DNA of 64,000 nucleotides from Neovahlkampfia damariscottae (Eukaryota): NCBI GenBank assembly GCA_016618085.1, contig JABLTG010000041.1, positions 1 to 64,000 of the forward strand, read 5' to 3'. Shown piece by piece: positions 14,538 to 25,984 of this stretch (position 1 is its first letter; each line of letters starts with the position of its first letter). The notes under the pieces were generated by a model. It saw only the letters and a program-made list of their open reading frames with translations, ran no database searches and was not told where the DNA came from. The position numbers and the translations under genes were made by a program.

Positions 14538-15972
14538 ATGAGTAGTGGTGGAGAAGAACATTCAGAAATTAGTAGCGAAGATGGAAATGATACTATTGGA
14601 ACAGCTTCAAATATGAGTAGTTCAGAAGATGAAAATGGAAAATACATAACAGAAGACTCTGATTTACAATTATTTCATTTATTAAAGTCTATAAGAAATG
14701 ATGATAGTAAATTATATGATACAAAAGAAAATTGGTTTTCAGAATCACATCCTGATTTATCACAAGATATTGATAAAGAAGAGTTAGTCAATGATTATTT
14801 TGCTTCTTTAATCTCAGAAGAAACATCAAAAAAAAAGAGCAAAAAAAAAAAGCCAAAAAAAAAAGTTAACACTATTGCAGATGAAAAATTAACAGATTCT
14901 GATTTATTTTTAAAAAAGTGAAAAAAAAATAACTTTTTAACTTTTAGTTTTCTCTTATCTAAAGCTTGGAAAATTGGAAAAAAAGATATTCCAAATTATG
15001 AACAAATTCAAGAAGAAGAGTTAAAACAACTTGAATTTGAAAATTCAAATAATATTGATATGAGCGAAGGTGAAAAATCAAAAGAAAAAAAAATTAAAAA
15101 ACAACCAATTGAAAGTTCATCTGAAGAAGAAGAAGAAGAAGAAGAAGAAACAGTTGCCAAATATAGATTCGAAGAAGAGTAAAAAAAAAATAATTTTAAC
15201 TAGAAAAAAGAGGTGGAATTGAGATTACAAAATATCCAAGGTTTACAGAAAAAGAAGGTTCAGTTCGTGAAAAAAAAATGTCAAAAAAAAAAAAAGAAAG
15301 ATTAAGAAGAAATGAAAATTACAAAATAAAATTAAATAAAGAAAATGAAGAATTTGAAAGAAAAAGAACAAAAATTAAAAAACAAATCATTGAATTGGTC
15401 TCAGATTTAAGAAAATTACAAAATTCAGAAACTCTTCAAAATTTAAACTTGGAAGATGAAAATATATTTGACAAAATTGAGCACCATAAAATTTATGATG
15501 AATTGGTTACTATTTCGTTGGTAATTCAAAAAATTTTATTTTAAGTTTTTTTTAGGAAGATGAAGACGAAGAAGATAAACAAGAAATTAAATTAATTAAA
15601 GAAATTAAAAGAAATATCAGAAGAAAATTTGAAGAATATTATGAAACTTTCTATGAATCAGCAGAAGGTGATTTGAAATTCAAATTCAAATACAATACTG
15701 TTGAAAAGGATAATTTTGGATTGGATGTTACTGATATTCTACAAATTGAAGATGAATTATTAGAAGAAACAATACCTACTCATAGTATTAGAATTCAAGA
15801 CACTGTTGGTAAAAAATTGGATCCTGAAGTACTTGCGAAGAAAATCAATAAATTGAAATCATTACCTGCTGAAAAGATTAAAAATAAATTATCAAAAACT
15901 CCAGTTGAAAAGAAAAAGAAGATGAAAAGATTGACAAGAGTAAAAAAAAGAGAAATTTTAGAAGATGAATAA
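14538..15972 (+). CDS. KRI1: KRI1 40S ribosome biogenesis factor
   Basis: KYRFEE|GGIEITKYPR..GSVR and FKFKYNTVEKDNFGLDVTDIL motifs; 3 introns. Confidence 0.8.
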
Positions 15973-15998
15973 AAATTTAATTTGTTGAAGAAACAATA

Positions 15999-17516
15999 TC
16001 AAAAATCAAGATTAATACAAATATTCTTATCTTCTGAGTAAAATTCCAAAGAATAATTTCCACCTTCTCTTCCAATACCAGAATCTTTTACTCCTCCAAA
16101 AGGAACACGTAAATCTCTCAACAACCAACAATTCACCCAAACCATACCAACTTGTAATTTATCCGAAAATTTATGTGCAGTTTTAACATTTGAAGTCAAA
16201 ACTGAAGAACAAAGACCATATTTAACTAAATTTACTTTTTGAAGTGCATCATTTTCATCTTTGAATTTATGGATAGTGACAATTGGTCCAAAAATTTCTT
16301 CAGTTGAAGTTCTTGAATTTGGTTCTAAATCTGAAACAATAGTTGGAAGATAAAATGCACCTTTTGAAAACTTTTCATCCAATTCAGGTATTTTACCACC
16401 ATAAAGTATTTTTCCACCTTCTTGTTTTGCCAAATTTGTATAATATTCAATTTTTTTACGATGTTCAATTGAGATTAATGAACCCATATTTGTTGATGGA
16501 TCTGAAGGATCACCAACTTTAAGCTCTGAAACTTTTTTAACAAAGGCATCAACAAATTTATCATATATTGATTCTTGAATAAAAAGTCTTGAACAACAAA
16601 GACATATTTCACCTTGATTTGCAAATGAAGCTCTTGCAGCTAAAGCAACTGATTTTTCAAAGTCACAATCATCAAAAACAACCATAGAGTTTTTACCACC
16701 CAACTCTAAACTTAATTTTTTGAATTTTGAAGATGCAGTTTTAGCAACTTGAACACCTGTAGCTGTACCTCCTGTAAATGAAATCAATGGTGTATCTTCA
16801 TCTTCAACTATCGCTTGACCAGCTTCTCTGCCGTATCCATGAACTAAATTAAAAGTTCCTTTTGGAAGACCCACTTCATCAATAACTTCAGCAAGTAAAT
16901 TAGCTGTCATTGGTGTTAATTCACTTGGTTTACAAACAACTGTATTTCCACATGCCAATGCAGGAGCTACTTTCCAAGATAAGAGGTAAATTGGTAAATT
17001 CCAAGGTGAAATTAATCCACAAGGTCCGATAGGTCTTCTAACTGTATAATTTAAAGCTGTTTGTCCCATATAATGAGCTTCAGTTGAAGCATGTTCAATA
17101 GCACCAGCAAAAAATCGAAAATTAGCAATTGCTCGAGGTATATCAATCATTTTTGCAAGTCCAATCGGTTTTCCATTATCTTTTGATTCTGTTTTTACAA
17201 ATTTTTCAAATTTTTCTTCAATTTTGTCAGCAATTTTGTACAAATATTTTGCTCTTTCACCTTCGCTCAATCCAGACCAACTTCCTGATTTAAATGCTTC
17301 CTTTGCAGATTTACAAGCAAATTGAACGTCTTCTTTTTGTGTACGAGGTGTATAACAAAGAATTTCTCCTGTAGAAGGATTCAAGTTTTGAATGTATTTT
17401 TCTGTGTCTTTCCATTCACCATTGATATAATTTCTCAATACTTGAACTTTTGAATCTTTTGGTAATTCATCAATCGCCAATGGAACATTAGCAGGAATTG
17501 AGTTTTCTTCAGTCAT
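15999..17516 (-). CDS. ALDH8A1: 2-aminomuconic semialdehyde dehydrogenase (ALDH8 family)
   Basis: DIPRAIANFRFFA, LSLELGGKN, NQGEICLC, NCWLLRDLRVPFGG; real start MTEENS at 17516. Confidence 0.9.
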   Translation of the reverse strand: MTEENSIPANVPLAIDELPKDSKVQVLRNYINGEWKDTEKYIQNLNPSTGEILCYTPRTQKEDVQFACKSAKEAFKSGSWSGLSEGERAKYLYKIADKIEEKFEKFVKTESKDNGKPIGLAKMIDIPRAIANFRFFAGAIEHASTEAHYMGQTALNYTVRRPIGPCGLISPWNLPIYLLSWKVAPALACGNTVVCKPSELTPMTANLLAEVIDEVGLPKGTFNLVHGYGREAGQAIVEDEDTPLISFTGGTATGVQVAKTASSKFKKLSLELGGKNSMVVFDDCDFEKSVALAARASFANQGEICLCCSRLFIQESIYDKFVDAFVKKVSELKVGDPSDPSTNMGSLISIEHRKKIEYYTNLAKQEGGKILYGGKIPELDEKFSKGAFYLPTIVSDLEPNSRTSTEEIFGPIVTIHKFKDENDALQKVNLVKYGLCSSVLTSNVKTAHKFSDKLQVGMVWVNCWLLRDLRVPFGGVKDSGIGREGGNYSLEFYSEDKNICINLDF

Positions 17517-17667
17517 TTTGAAATTCATCCAATAAAAATAATTCATTTTTTAAAAAAATTAGAAAGAAATATTTATGTTTTTTTTTTGAAAAATAGAGTT
17601 GAATATTTCTTTCAAGTTTTACCAAATAAAATTGAAGCTTTGAATTAAATTGATTGGTCAAAATAAA

Positions 17668-20505
17668 ATGAGTAAAGTTAGCAAAGGTAGACAAAAATAC
17701 TGGCAACAAAAAACGACCACACTTCAAGCGGACAATGTTTTAAAAAAAGCAATTGAATTATTAAAAACAGACCAAGAAAAAATTGCTCTCCAAACTTTAG
17801 AAGTAGCAATTCTAGGAAACAAAAGAGTTAGAACTTGGAGCGAAATTTATGAAGCACTTGTTACAAAATACTTGGAAATTTGTGTCATGTTAAGAAAAGG
17901 ACAAGAATCAAAACAAGTATTAATTCAATTTCGTTCAGTTTGTCAAGGTTCAAGTAACATGGAAAGTTTTCTTTCAGTGACTGAAAACTTAGTAGATCTT
18001 GCTGAAAATAGAGTCGCTAAAGCTCAAAGAGAAGTTGAAAGAATGTTACTTACAGCAGAAAAGGAACAAAGCGAAGATTTAAGAGTTAGCTCAGTTTCAG
18101 GTGGTGACTTTAAAAATAGACTTGACAGAAGTATTGTTGAACCATGGTTGAAATTTCTTTATGACTGTTATAGAAATTGTATTGATTTATTAAAGAACAA
18201 TACTAGATTGGAATCAAAATATCAAATTATTGCTCAAAAAGCGTTTGGTTTTTGTCAAGATAACAAAAGAAGAACAGAATTTCGTAAATTATCAGAATTA
18301 CTTCGTACTCACTCAATTGGTGTTTCTGAAACAAGTACAGCTCTTCATATAGCAACAAAATTCAAACAACTCAACGTAGGTTGTGAATTAGAACTTTGGC
18401 AAGATGCTTATAGATGTGTTGAAGAACTCAACCAACTTTTAACATTTTCAGACAATGAAGTTGACACTATTTTCTTAACAAATTATTATGAACAACTTGT
18501 AAAGATCTTTTGGGTTTCAAAGAATTACTTATTTCATGCTCATGCTCTCTTTTTACTTTATGGATTAAAAGAAAAAGATCTTGATGAAGAATCGAAACTT
18601 TTAGAATCTTCATATTTATTACTTTCAATTCTTTCAATTCCTGATGAAAAATTGAATCATTTTGATTTAATTAAAAGGGCAAAACAATTAAGAATGGCAC
18701 CTCTTTTAGGTTCAGTTGTACCACCAACAAAAGAAAGAGCTATTGAACAATGGATTGAAAAAGGTTTTAAAGTTATTCCTGAATTATCAACAATTTATAA
18801 AACACTTGAAGTTGATTTTCAACCATTCAAACTTTGTGGTAATATGTCACCAATTTTAGATTTCTTATCAAATTCAACTGATGTTGAAATTTCAAAATTC
18901 AAAGAACCAATTTTAGACATTACAGTTTCAAAATTTATTTCACAAATTTCAAAAGTTTATAAAACAATTAGAATTGAAAAGATTGAAAAATTGATTCCTT
19001 TTATGCCTTTTTATGAAGTTGAAAAACTTATTGTTCAAAGAAAAAATGTGATGATTGATCACTCAACAGGTTTGTTTTTTTTTGAAGAAGAAAAATTAAT
19101 TTTTTTTTTTTGAATAGGAATGCTTACATTTGTTCAAACTTTGAATGATTTTCCAGTAAAGAATCAACTTGAAAAGTTTGTTGTTAAATTAAATTCAGCT
19201 TATGAAATTTTAAAACCTGTTGAATCAACAATCAAAATTTCAAGTGAAGAAATTGAAGAAGAAAGAAAAGAAATTTTAGTCAGAAGAAAATTCTTAGAAA
19301 GAATGAAAAGATGGGAAGAAGAACAAGAAAAAATCAAAGAAGAAGAAAGACAAGAAAAACTTGCAAAACTTGCAAAACTTAAAGCAAAAGAAGATGAAGA
19401 AAGAAGAGAAAAAGAAGCTGAAAAAAGAGAAATTGAAAGAAAAAAACGTGAAGAAGATCAAAAAAAAGAAATTGAAGCTAAAAAAATACTTGCTCAACTT
19501 GAATCTCAAACTATTGCTTTAAAGAAACATTCAGGTGGAAAAGTTAAAAAAGAAAAGAAAACAAAGAAATCTGTTGAAGAAATTATTGAAGAAAAAAAAG
19601 CTGAATTAGAAAGAGAACAATTAGCAAAAGAAAAAAGACTTGCTGAAGATGCAAAGAATATTGAATACTTAGAAATCATTAAACGTGAACATGAAATTCC
19701 TTTAATCAAGAAAGCATTTGAAACAAATAGAGAACAATCAAAAATTGATTTTGAAACAAACAAAAAGAAATTACAAGAAGAATATGAAAGAAAAAAGAAA
19801 ATTCAAGAAGAAAACAGAGAAAAGTTAAAAAGATTAATTAATTATAAAAGTCAATTTGTTTCAATTGTTATGAATGGAAGAGAATCTGTTTTTGAAGATG
19901 AAAAATCAAAATGGCAACAAGAACATGATGATGCAAAATCAGCATGGGAAGAAAAAAGAAATGCTATTAAAGCTGAAATTGCTAAACGTGAAAAAGAAGC
20001 AGAAGAAAAAAGAATTCAAAAAGAAAAAGAAGATGCAGAAAGAAGAGAAAAAGAAGAAAAAATTGCAAAACAACTTGAATTACAAAGACAAAAAGAAGAA
20101 GAAATTGAAAGAAAATTACAAGAAGAAAGACAAAAAAAAAGACAACAAGATACAACAAGACCAGACACAAGTTCTGGTGGATTTGGTTCAAGTGGTGGAA
20201 GATGGAAAAAGAAACCAGAAGAATCATCCACAGGTGGTTTCGGTTCAGGATCTAAATTTGGAGGTTCAAAATATGGCGGAGAGCAACCATCCACAGGTGG
20301 TTTTGGCGGTAGTTCAAAATATGGAGGAGGTTCAAAATATGGTGGAGGTAATTCAGAATCAACTTCAGGTACTTCAAAATATGGTGGTGGTGGTTTTAAA
20401 TCAGGTGGAAGGGGTTATAGCTCACAAAATGACTCTTCTGATAAAAAAGAAGGTGATGGATTTGAAACACAAAAATCAAAAGGAAGAGGTGGAAGATGGA
20501 AATAA
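17668..20505 (+). CDS. EIF3A: Translation initiation factor 3 subunit A
   Basis: NVLKKAIEL, PWLKFLYDCYRNCIDLLKNN, RRTEFRKLSELLR, LELWQDAY; PCI domain plus coiled coil; intron ~19070-19117. Confidence 0.9.
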
Positions 20506-20511
20506 ATCTTT

Positions 20512-20997
20512 TTATGAAGTTAAAGCATCAACTTTTTGTTGAATTTGTTGAAATTTTTCCAATACATCTTTTATCGTTGTTCTGTCAACTTCAAAAATTA
20601 TTTTTGTTTCTTTTTGTTCTTCATTTTTTTTTGTTAATTCTACAACTGATACAACTTCATTTTGATCTGTAATTTCTTTTTCTGTTGTTAATTGATCTAT
20701 TCTCCATCTAACATTTGAAAGTTTGTTACAGAATAAACTTTGTTGAATCATGTAATTATGAATTGATTCTTTTTCAGCAACCCAAAATTGTAAAAAACTT
20801 CTTTTTTGTTCTTTTGTCAAGTTTACTTCTTTGAGTAAATTTTTAACAATTGAAGGTGAGTAATGATAATAAACACATTCTTGAATAATTGGTGTCACGA
20901 TTTGAGTGAGTTCATCCTCTTTAGAATACTCTTTAGTTGGTTTTTCTTTATATATTTCAACTTTTAAAATTTGATACAAAAGTTCTGTAAACTCCAT
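20512..20997 (-). CDS. COMM domain-containing protein
   Basis: C-terminal LSNVRWRID...VVEL...IIFEV COMM pattern. Confidence 0.7.
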   Translation of the reverse strand: MEFTELLYQILKVEIYKEKPTKEYSKEDELTQIVTPIIQECVYYHYSPSIVKNLLKEVNLTKEQKRSFLQFWVAEKESIHNYMIQQSLFCNKLSNVRWRIDQLTTEKEITDQNEVVSVVELTKKNEEQKETKIIFEVDRTTIKDVLEKFQQIQQKVDALTS

Positions 20998-21102
20998 TGT
21001 TTTTTTAAAAAAGTTTTAGAAGCTTTAACCAATCAGATGAGTTGAAGGTTTATTAAACAAAGAAAAGTGGAGGTTTTTTTTTTTTGTGAACAAAAACTGT
21101 AT

Positions 21103-21725
21103 TTAAAACACTATTGGTGGACAAGCTCCTTGTGAAACAATTGTAACACCTGCTGCTGTTGCCACACAAGCATTCAAATAAGTTACACCATTTAATCCAC
21201 AAACTGGATTGAATTTTGAAGAACATCCATTTCCATTACCTGAAGTGCCCATAGCAGTTGTACAATTGCATTGACAATTTTGCATTGTCATTCCATTTCC
21301 TGATGTTCCCATTGCACAAGCACCTTGACTTGCAACTGTAACACCAGCACAAGCAGCTAAACATGCGTTTTGATAAGTTACTCCATTAGATCNNNNNNNN
21401 NNNNNNNNNNNNNNNNNNNNNNNNNNNNNNNNNNNNNNNNNNNNNNNNNNNNNNNNNNNNNNNNNNNNNNNNNNNNNNNNNNNNNNNNNNNNTTGCATTG
21501 ACAATTTTGCATTGTCATTCCATTTCCTGATGTTCCCATTGCACAAGCACCTTGACTTGCAACTGTAACACCAGCACAAGCAGCTAAACATGCGTTTTGA
21601 TAAGTTACTCCATTAGATCCACAAACAGGATTGACTTCTTGTGTACAGAAACATTTTCCAGCAGCAAGAGCAGAAGAAAATAAAACTAATTGAATAACCA
21701 AGATCAATACAATGTTGGATTTCAT
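21103..21725 (-). CDS. Secreted Kazal-domain protein, copy 1 (spans assembly gap)
   Basis: Signal peptide; CFCTQEVNPVCGSNGVTYQNAC...GAC; 100-N gap inside. Confidence 0.8.
21393..21492. other. Assembly gap (100 N) flanked by an identical 127-bp duplication
   Basis: 21266-21392 is identical to 21493-21619. Confidence 0.95.
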
Positions 21726-21865
21726 TTTTTTGATAAATTTAAAAATTCAAATTCAAAAAATGAAACTAATTTCATTTATAGCGACAAAAATTACTAAAAA
21801 AGATGTTTTTGATTGTTGCTAAATTTGGAAAAGAAATTCAAGGATGATGGTTTTATTGATGTTTA

Positions 21866-22282
21866 TTACCAATATTTTCCGTTGCCATTTCCTGAAGTTG
21901 TCATTGGACATGCACCTTGTGAAACGATGGTAACACCATTTGCTGTTGCAACGCAAGCGTTTAGATAAGTAATTCCATCAGCTCCACACACAGGATGGAA
22001 TTTTGAAGAACATCCATTGCCAGATGTTCCTGTTGCTGTTGTGCAAGTGCATTGGCAGTTTTGCGTTGTCATTCCGTTTCCTGAAGTTCCTGTTGGACAT
22101 ACACCTTGTGAAACAACAGTAACACCAGCACAAGCAGCTAAACAAGCATTTTGATAAGTTACTCCATTAGATCCACAAACAGGATTGATTTCTTGTGTAC
22201 AAACACATTTCTTGTAGATGGCTAATGCAGATGAATAGAGTGATAATTGAATTAACAATACTAAAAAGACGTTGAATTTCAT
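21866..22282 (-). CDS. Secreted two-Kazal-domain protein, copy 2
   Basis: Signal peptide; two PVCG.(N/D)G.TY.N.C motifs. Confidence 0.9.
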   Translation of the reverse strand: MKFNVFLVLLIQLSLYSSALAIYKKCVCTQEINPVCGSNGVTYQNACLAACAGVTVVSQGVCPTGTSGNGMTTQNCQCTCTTATGTSGNGCSSKFHPVCGADGITYLNACVATANGVTIVSQGACPMTTSGNGNGKYW

Positions 22283-22494
22283 GGTGAATTATTTTTGAAA
22301 TCGAATTTGAATTTGGAAAAACAAATATTCATTTATTGTTCAAAATTTGTCTGGAAGATTCAAATTATTACTAAATTTGAGAGTTTATGCAAAATTATTT
22401 GAAAACAAAAAAATTACCAAAAAGGATTGGATCTCAAACTGGACGTAGTTGAATAAATGGATATTTTAGATTTCCAAATAATTTATTGATGATT

Positions 22495-22914
22495 TTACCA
22501 ATATTTGCTATTTCCATTTCCAGAGGTTGACATTGGACATGCACCTTGGGAAACAATGGTAACTCCAGCTGCTGTGGCAACACAAGAATTTAGATAAGTT
22601 ATTCCATCAGCTCCACAAACTGGATGAAATTTTGAAGAGCAACCATTTCCATTACCAGAGGTTCCCATAGCAGTTGTACATTTGCATTGACAATTTTGCA
22701 TTGTCATTCCATTTCCTGATGTTCCCATTGCACAAGCACCTTGACTTGCAACTGTAACACCAGCACAAGCAGCTAAACATGCGTTTTGATAAGTTACTCC
22801 ATTAGATCCACAAACAGGATTGACTTCTTGTGTACAGAAACATTTTCCAGCAGCAAGAGCAGAAGAAAATAAAACTAATTGAATAACCAAAATAAACAAA
22901 ACGTTAAATTTCAT
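22495..22914 (-). CDS. Secreted two-Kazal-domain protein, copy 3
   Basis: Start MKFNVLF at 22914; same architecture as copy 2. Confidence 0.9.
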   Translation of the reverse strand: MKFNVLFILVIQLVLFSSALAAGKCFCTQEVNPVCGSNGVTYQNACLAACAGVTVASQGACAMGTSGNGMTMQNCQCKCTTAMGTSGNGNGCSSKFHPVCGADGITYLNSCVATAAGVTIVSQGACPMSTSGNGNSKYW

Positions 22915-23080
22915 TATTGTGTTTGATGAAATTGGATGAATCAACTAAAACTCCTTTTATTATAAAAAAATGACCAAATAAGAAGATTCTAAATTTTGAA
23001 CTAATTTTAGTTGTAAAAAAGAAACACTTAATTTAGTTCAGAATGAAAGAAAATTGAAATTATGAGAAATACAAGACAGT

Positions 23081-24970
23081 TTAATATATTTTGATATTTG
23101 ATAGACCACCATCACCATCATTCACCAAAAGTTGCTCTAAATCCTTTCTTTTCTTTCTTAGTGGTAATCTACATGAGAATATTTGGAATATTGTTGAATA
23201 TAAAACAAAAAATATTGTCGAAAGAGAATAGAAGGTAATAGTTCTGATAAAAACTAACATAAACACTAGTAAAATCCCAACACCTGTAAAAGTAATCATC
23301 ATAGTTTTTTGATTTTCTGTGCTAAGCTCACTTTTACGAAGATCCATCAAATCACGCAAATCCAACAAAAAGCTGAGTGTAAAAAATCTGATTTGAGCTG
23401 AAGCTTCATCAAATTTGATTAGGGTTGATTTATATCTTGAGTCCATTAAGGCAATGGCTCGCTTGGAAAAAGTGATTGGAGTATTAAAATAAACATTTCT
23501 CTTTTGAGAAGCTGTTGTGTTGAATACAATTTGAACCAAAGGATTCATTACACCAGTCCAACGCTCCCATCCATTCCAATGAGCATTACAATAATGAAAA
23601 AAGATGTCTTGAATTTCAAATAAGAATTTACGGTATTGGTACGCACCCCTAAAATAATCTGGATGAGTTTCGTTCATATAATTATCTGCTGTTGGTTTCA
23701 CATCATAAAAACAATAATTTCCACTTTTATCCATCCAAGGTTTTCCAATTTGTGCATACAACAAATCTTTTTTGAAGTTATCATGTCTGAAATGATACTT
23801 CATGCAATCATAAAAACTACCTCCATTTTTGGCTTGGAAGCAGTTCATCCATTTTTGTCTTATCGTTTTGTCAACTTCAATGTATTCTTGAAGAAGTACA
23901 TCATTTTGTTTTAGTCGTTCAAAATTTGATGAATATAACCAAAAGACAGAAACAAACATTAACAGAGAAGTGATTAGAAATACTAATACACCAACAATTA
24001 CATTGGAACAGAAAATTTTTCTTTTATCATCTGGTAGAATTCTTGGAATGACAACTGTTGGTTTTCTTACATGTACAATGTTTCCAGCTTCATCGATTTC
24101 TTTTACAGTCGTTTCACCGGTAAGTATGAAAATAGTTTCATGAAAAAAATGATACAACTGTTTTTTTCTCAATTTTCCATCGCTGCAGAGCATCACTTCA
24201 TCTCCAACTTCCCAACTTCCTTCAACATTAAGTGGTACTTTTCCAAGTTTGGCTACGTACTCTCCTTTTGCATATTCTTTTGAATCATCCACACACTCTC
24301 TTGGCCTGTAAGTTACAACTGAAATTTCTTTCTTTCCATTGAGTTCCTTGCTTATTTTGTCGTTCTCTACAGATACAGCATCACAAGGTCTGAAATCATC
24401 TTCAAAATTCAAATTCTGATACCGATAAGCAATATCAAATAATCCTAATCGATCATCATCATCTGATGGTTCTTGAATTTCAAAATCAAAACAGTTCGAT
24501 GATTCTTTGATATTGCCACTCATTCCAGAAAGCAATTGTTCCGTGAAAGGTGAATTGATTACAACTTGGTTTTCTTGTTCATTCTCTTTGCTTCCTTTTT
24601 CTATTTCTTGTTGATTTTGGACTATATTTGTGGATTCATATTTTTTGATCAATAACTCCATTTTTTCCTCGAGGCCATTTATGCGAGTATCTAAATATTT
24701 CAATGTTTCAAATACCAAAGTCCGATGTTTTTTTTTTGGACATTCATGACTTGGAACATATTTTTCTGATTTTACTGAGTAAACTTTGGGACAGTTTGGA
24801 CATTGAAGTTGTAAAGTTGCTTTTTTTTTATCTAGGCCTTCGTCCAAACATTCTTCACATATTTTTTTACTAGTGTTAAAACTGTTTGAATGATGTCCAC
24901 TGACACAAAAATATATCCAACCAGTTCCATGAATTTTTTCATCTGTGGTGTCACTTCTGCTTCTTTTCAT
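23081..24970 (-). CDS. Zn-finger / coiled-coil / peptidase-G2-like chaperone / 3-TM membrane protein, intronless
   Basis: Start MKRSRS at 24970 (CCAAT at 24988); C/H ligands; DIAY...DAV...SVVT.RP...VAKLGKVPLNVEG...GD motif; three hydrophobic segments. Confidence 0.7.
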   Translation of the reverse strand: MKRSRSDTTDEKIHGTGWIYFCVSGHHSNSFNTSKKICEECLDEGLDKKKATLQLQCPNCPKVYSVKSEKYVPSHECPKKKHRTLVFETLKYLDTRINGLEEKMELLIKKYESTNIVQNQQEIEKGSKENEQENQVVINSPFTEQLLSGMSGNIKESSNCFDFEIQEPSDDDDRLGLFDIAYRYQNLNFEDDFRPCDAVSVENDKISKELNGKKEISVVTYRPRECVDDSKEYAKGEYVAKLGKVPLNVEGSWEVGDEVMLCSDGKLRKKQLYHFFHETIFILTGETTVKEIDEAGNIVHVRKPTVVIPRILPDDKRKIFCSNVIVGVLVFLITSLLMFVSVFWLYSSNFERLKQNDVLLQEYIEVDKTIRQKWMNCFQAKNGGSFYDCMKYHFRHDNFKKDLLYAQIGKPWMDKSGNYCFYDVKPTADNYMNETHPDYFRGAYQYRKFLFEIQDIFFHYCNAHWNGWERWTGVMNPLVQIVFNTTASQKRNVYFNTPITFSKRAIALMDSRYKSTLIKFDEASAQIRFFTLSFLLDLRDLMDLRKSELSTENQKTMMITFTGVGILLVFMLVFIRTITFYSLSTIFFVLYSTIFQIFSCRLPLRKKRKDLEQLLVNDGDGGLSNIKIY

Positions 24971-25331
24971 CCTCCTTGACGAATCGACCAATAATTGGAA
25001 TTCTAAATATATATTTGAAACTTCCAAAGATTCAACCAATCGTGTTACAATTGAGCTCAGTTTTTGCTGAGTAAAGATGAGTTGCTTTGAAATATGGAGA
25101 TTTCTCTCATTTACAAATATCAAGATTTGTGCTTTTAAGAGAATTCTGATTGGCAAACTGTTCAACAAACAACTTGAACAAAACGTCTTTTTTGGTATTT
25201 TGTTCGATTGTGATAGATTGAAAAAATTGAACTTTATTTAACTAATTTTTGAAATCCTTTGAAGAAATGGAGACAATTGAATTTGTTGCTGGAATACAAT
25301 TTTGAAATTTTTGAAAAATTTTTATTCCAAT

Positions 25332-25805
25332 TTAAGGAGGACAAGCTCCTTGGGAGACAATGGTAACTCCAGCAGCTGTCGCAACACAAGCATTCAAATA
25401 AGTTATTCCATCAGCTCCACAAACTGGATTAAATTTTTTTGGGCAATTTCCATTTCCTGAGGTCCCTGTGGCAGTTGTGCAAGTACATTGACAATTTTGA
25501 GTTGTAGTGCCACCTGAAGTTCCCATTGGACATACTCCTTGACTTACAACTGTTACACCAGCACAAGCAGCCACACAAGCGTTTTGGTAAGTGACACCAT
25601 CTGAACCACATACAGGATTGAGTTCATCAGTACATTTACATTGGTAGCCACATCCATTTGCTGTTACAATAACACCACCATTCCCGTTTCCATTACCATT
25701 ACCATTACCATTGCCATTACCGTTACCATTTCCATAATATGCTCCATAAACAGAAGCTACTAAAAGCGCTTGGATCAACAGTCCTGCTAAGATGTTAAAT
25801 TTCAT
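25332..25805 (-). CDS. Secreted two-Kazal-domain protein with (GN)n repeat, copy 4
   Basis: Signal peptide, (GN)~9 tract, two Kazal motifs. Confidence 0.9.
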   Translation of the reverse strand: MKFNILAGLLIQALLVASVYGAYYGNGNGNGNGNGNGNGNGNGGVIVTANGCGYQCKCTDELNPVCGSDGVTYQNACVAACAGVTVVSQGVCPMGTSGGTTTQNCQCTCTTATGTSGNGNCPKKFNPVCGADGITYLNACVATAAGVTIVSQGACPP

Positions 25806-25984
25806 TTTTCTTTAAACTTTGAAACGTAGAAAAAATTGTGATTTAAATACCTCTGAAAGTTTAGGATGAATTGTTGAACTCTAAATATGGATTTCTTTAT
25901 CCCAATTTCTAAATTTAGCAACGAAAGCATTTCTTTGTAATAAAATAAAATTTGGAATAAAATATTGTTTATTGAATAAATCAA

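Noticed and set aside
19294..20542. Several overlapping ORFs, including the 222-aa Lys-rich one
   Set aside because: Alternative-frame and antisense shadows of the low-complexity eIF3a coiled coil.
24971..25168. First 66 codons of the 695-aa ORF
   Set aside because: Non-ATG start running through CCAAT boxes; treated as promoter.
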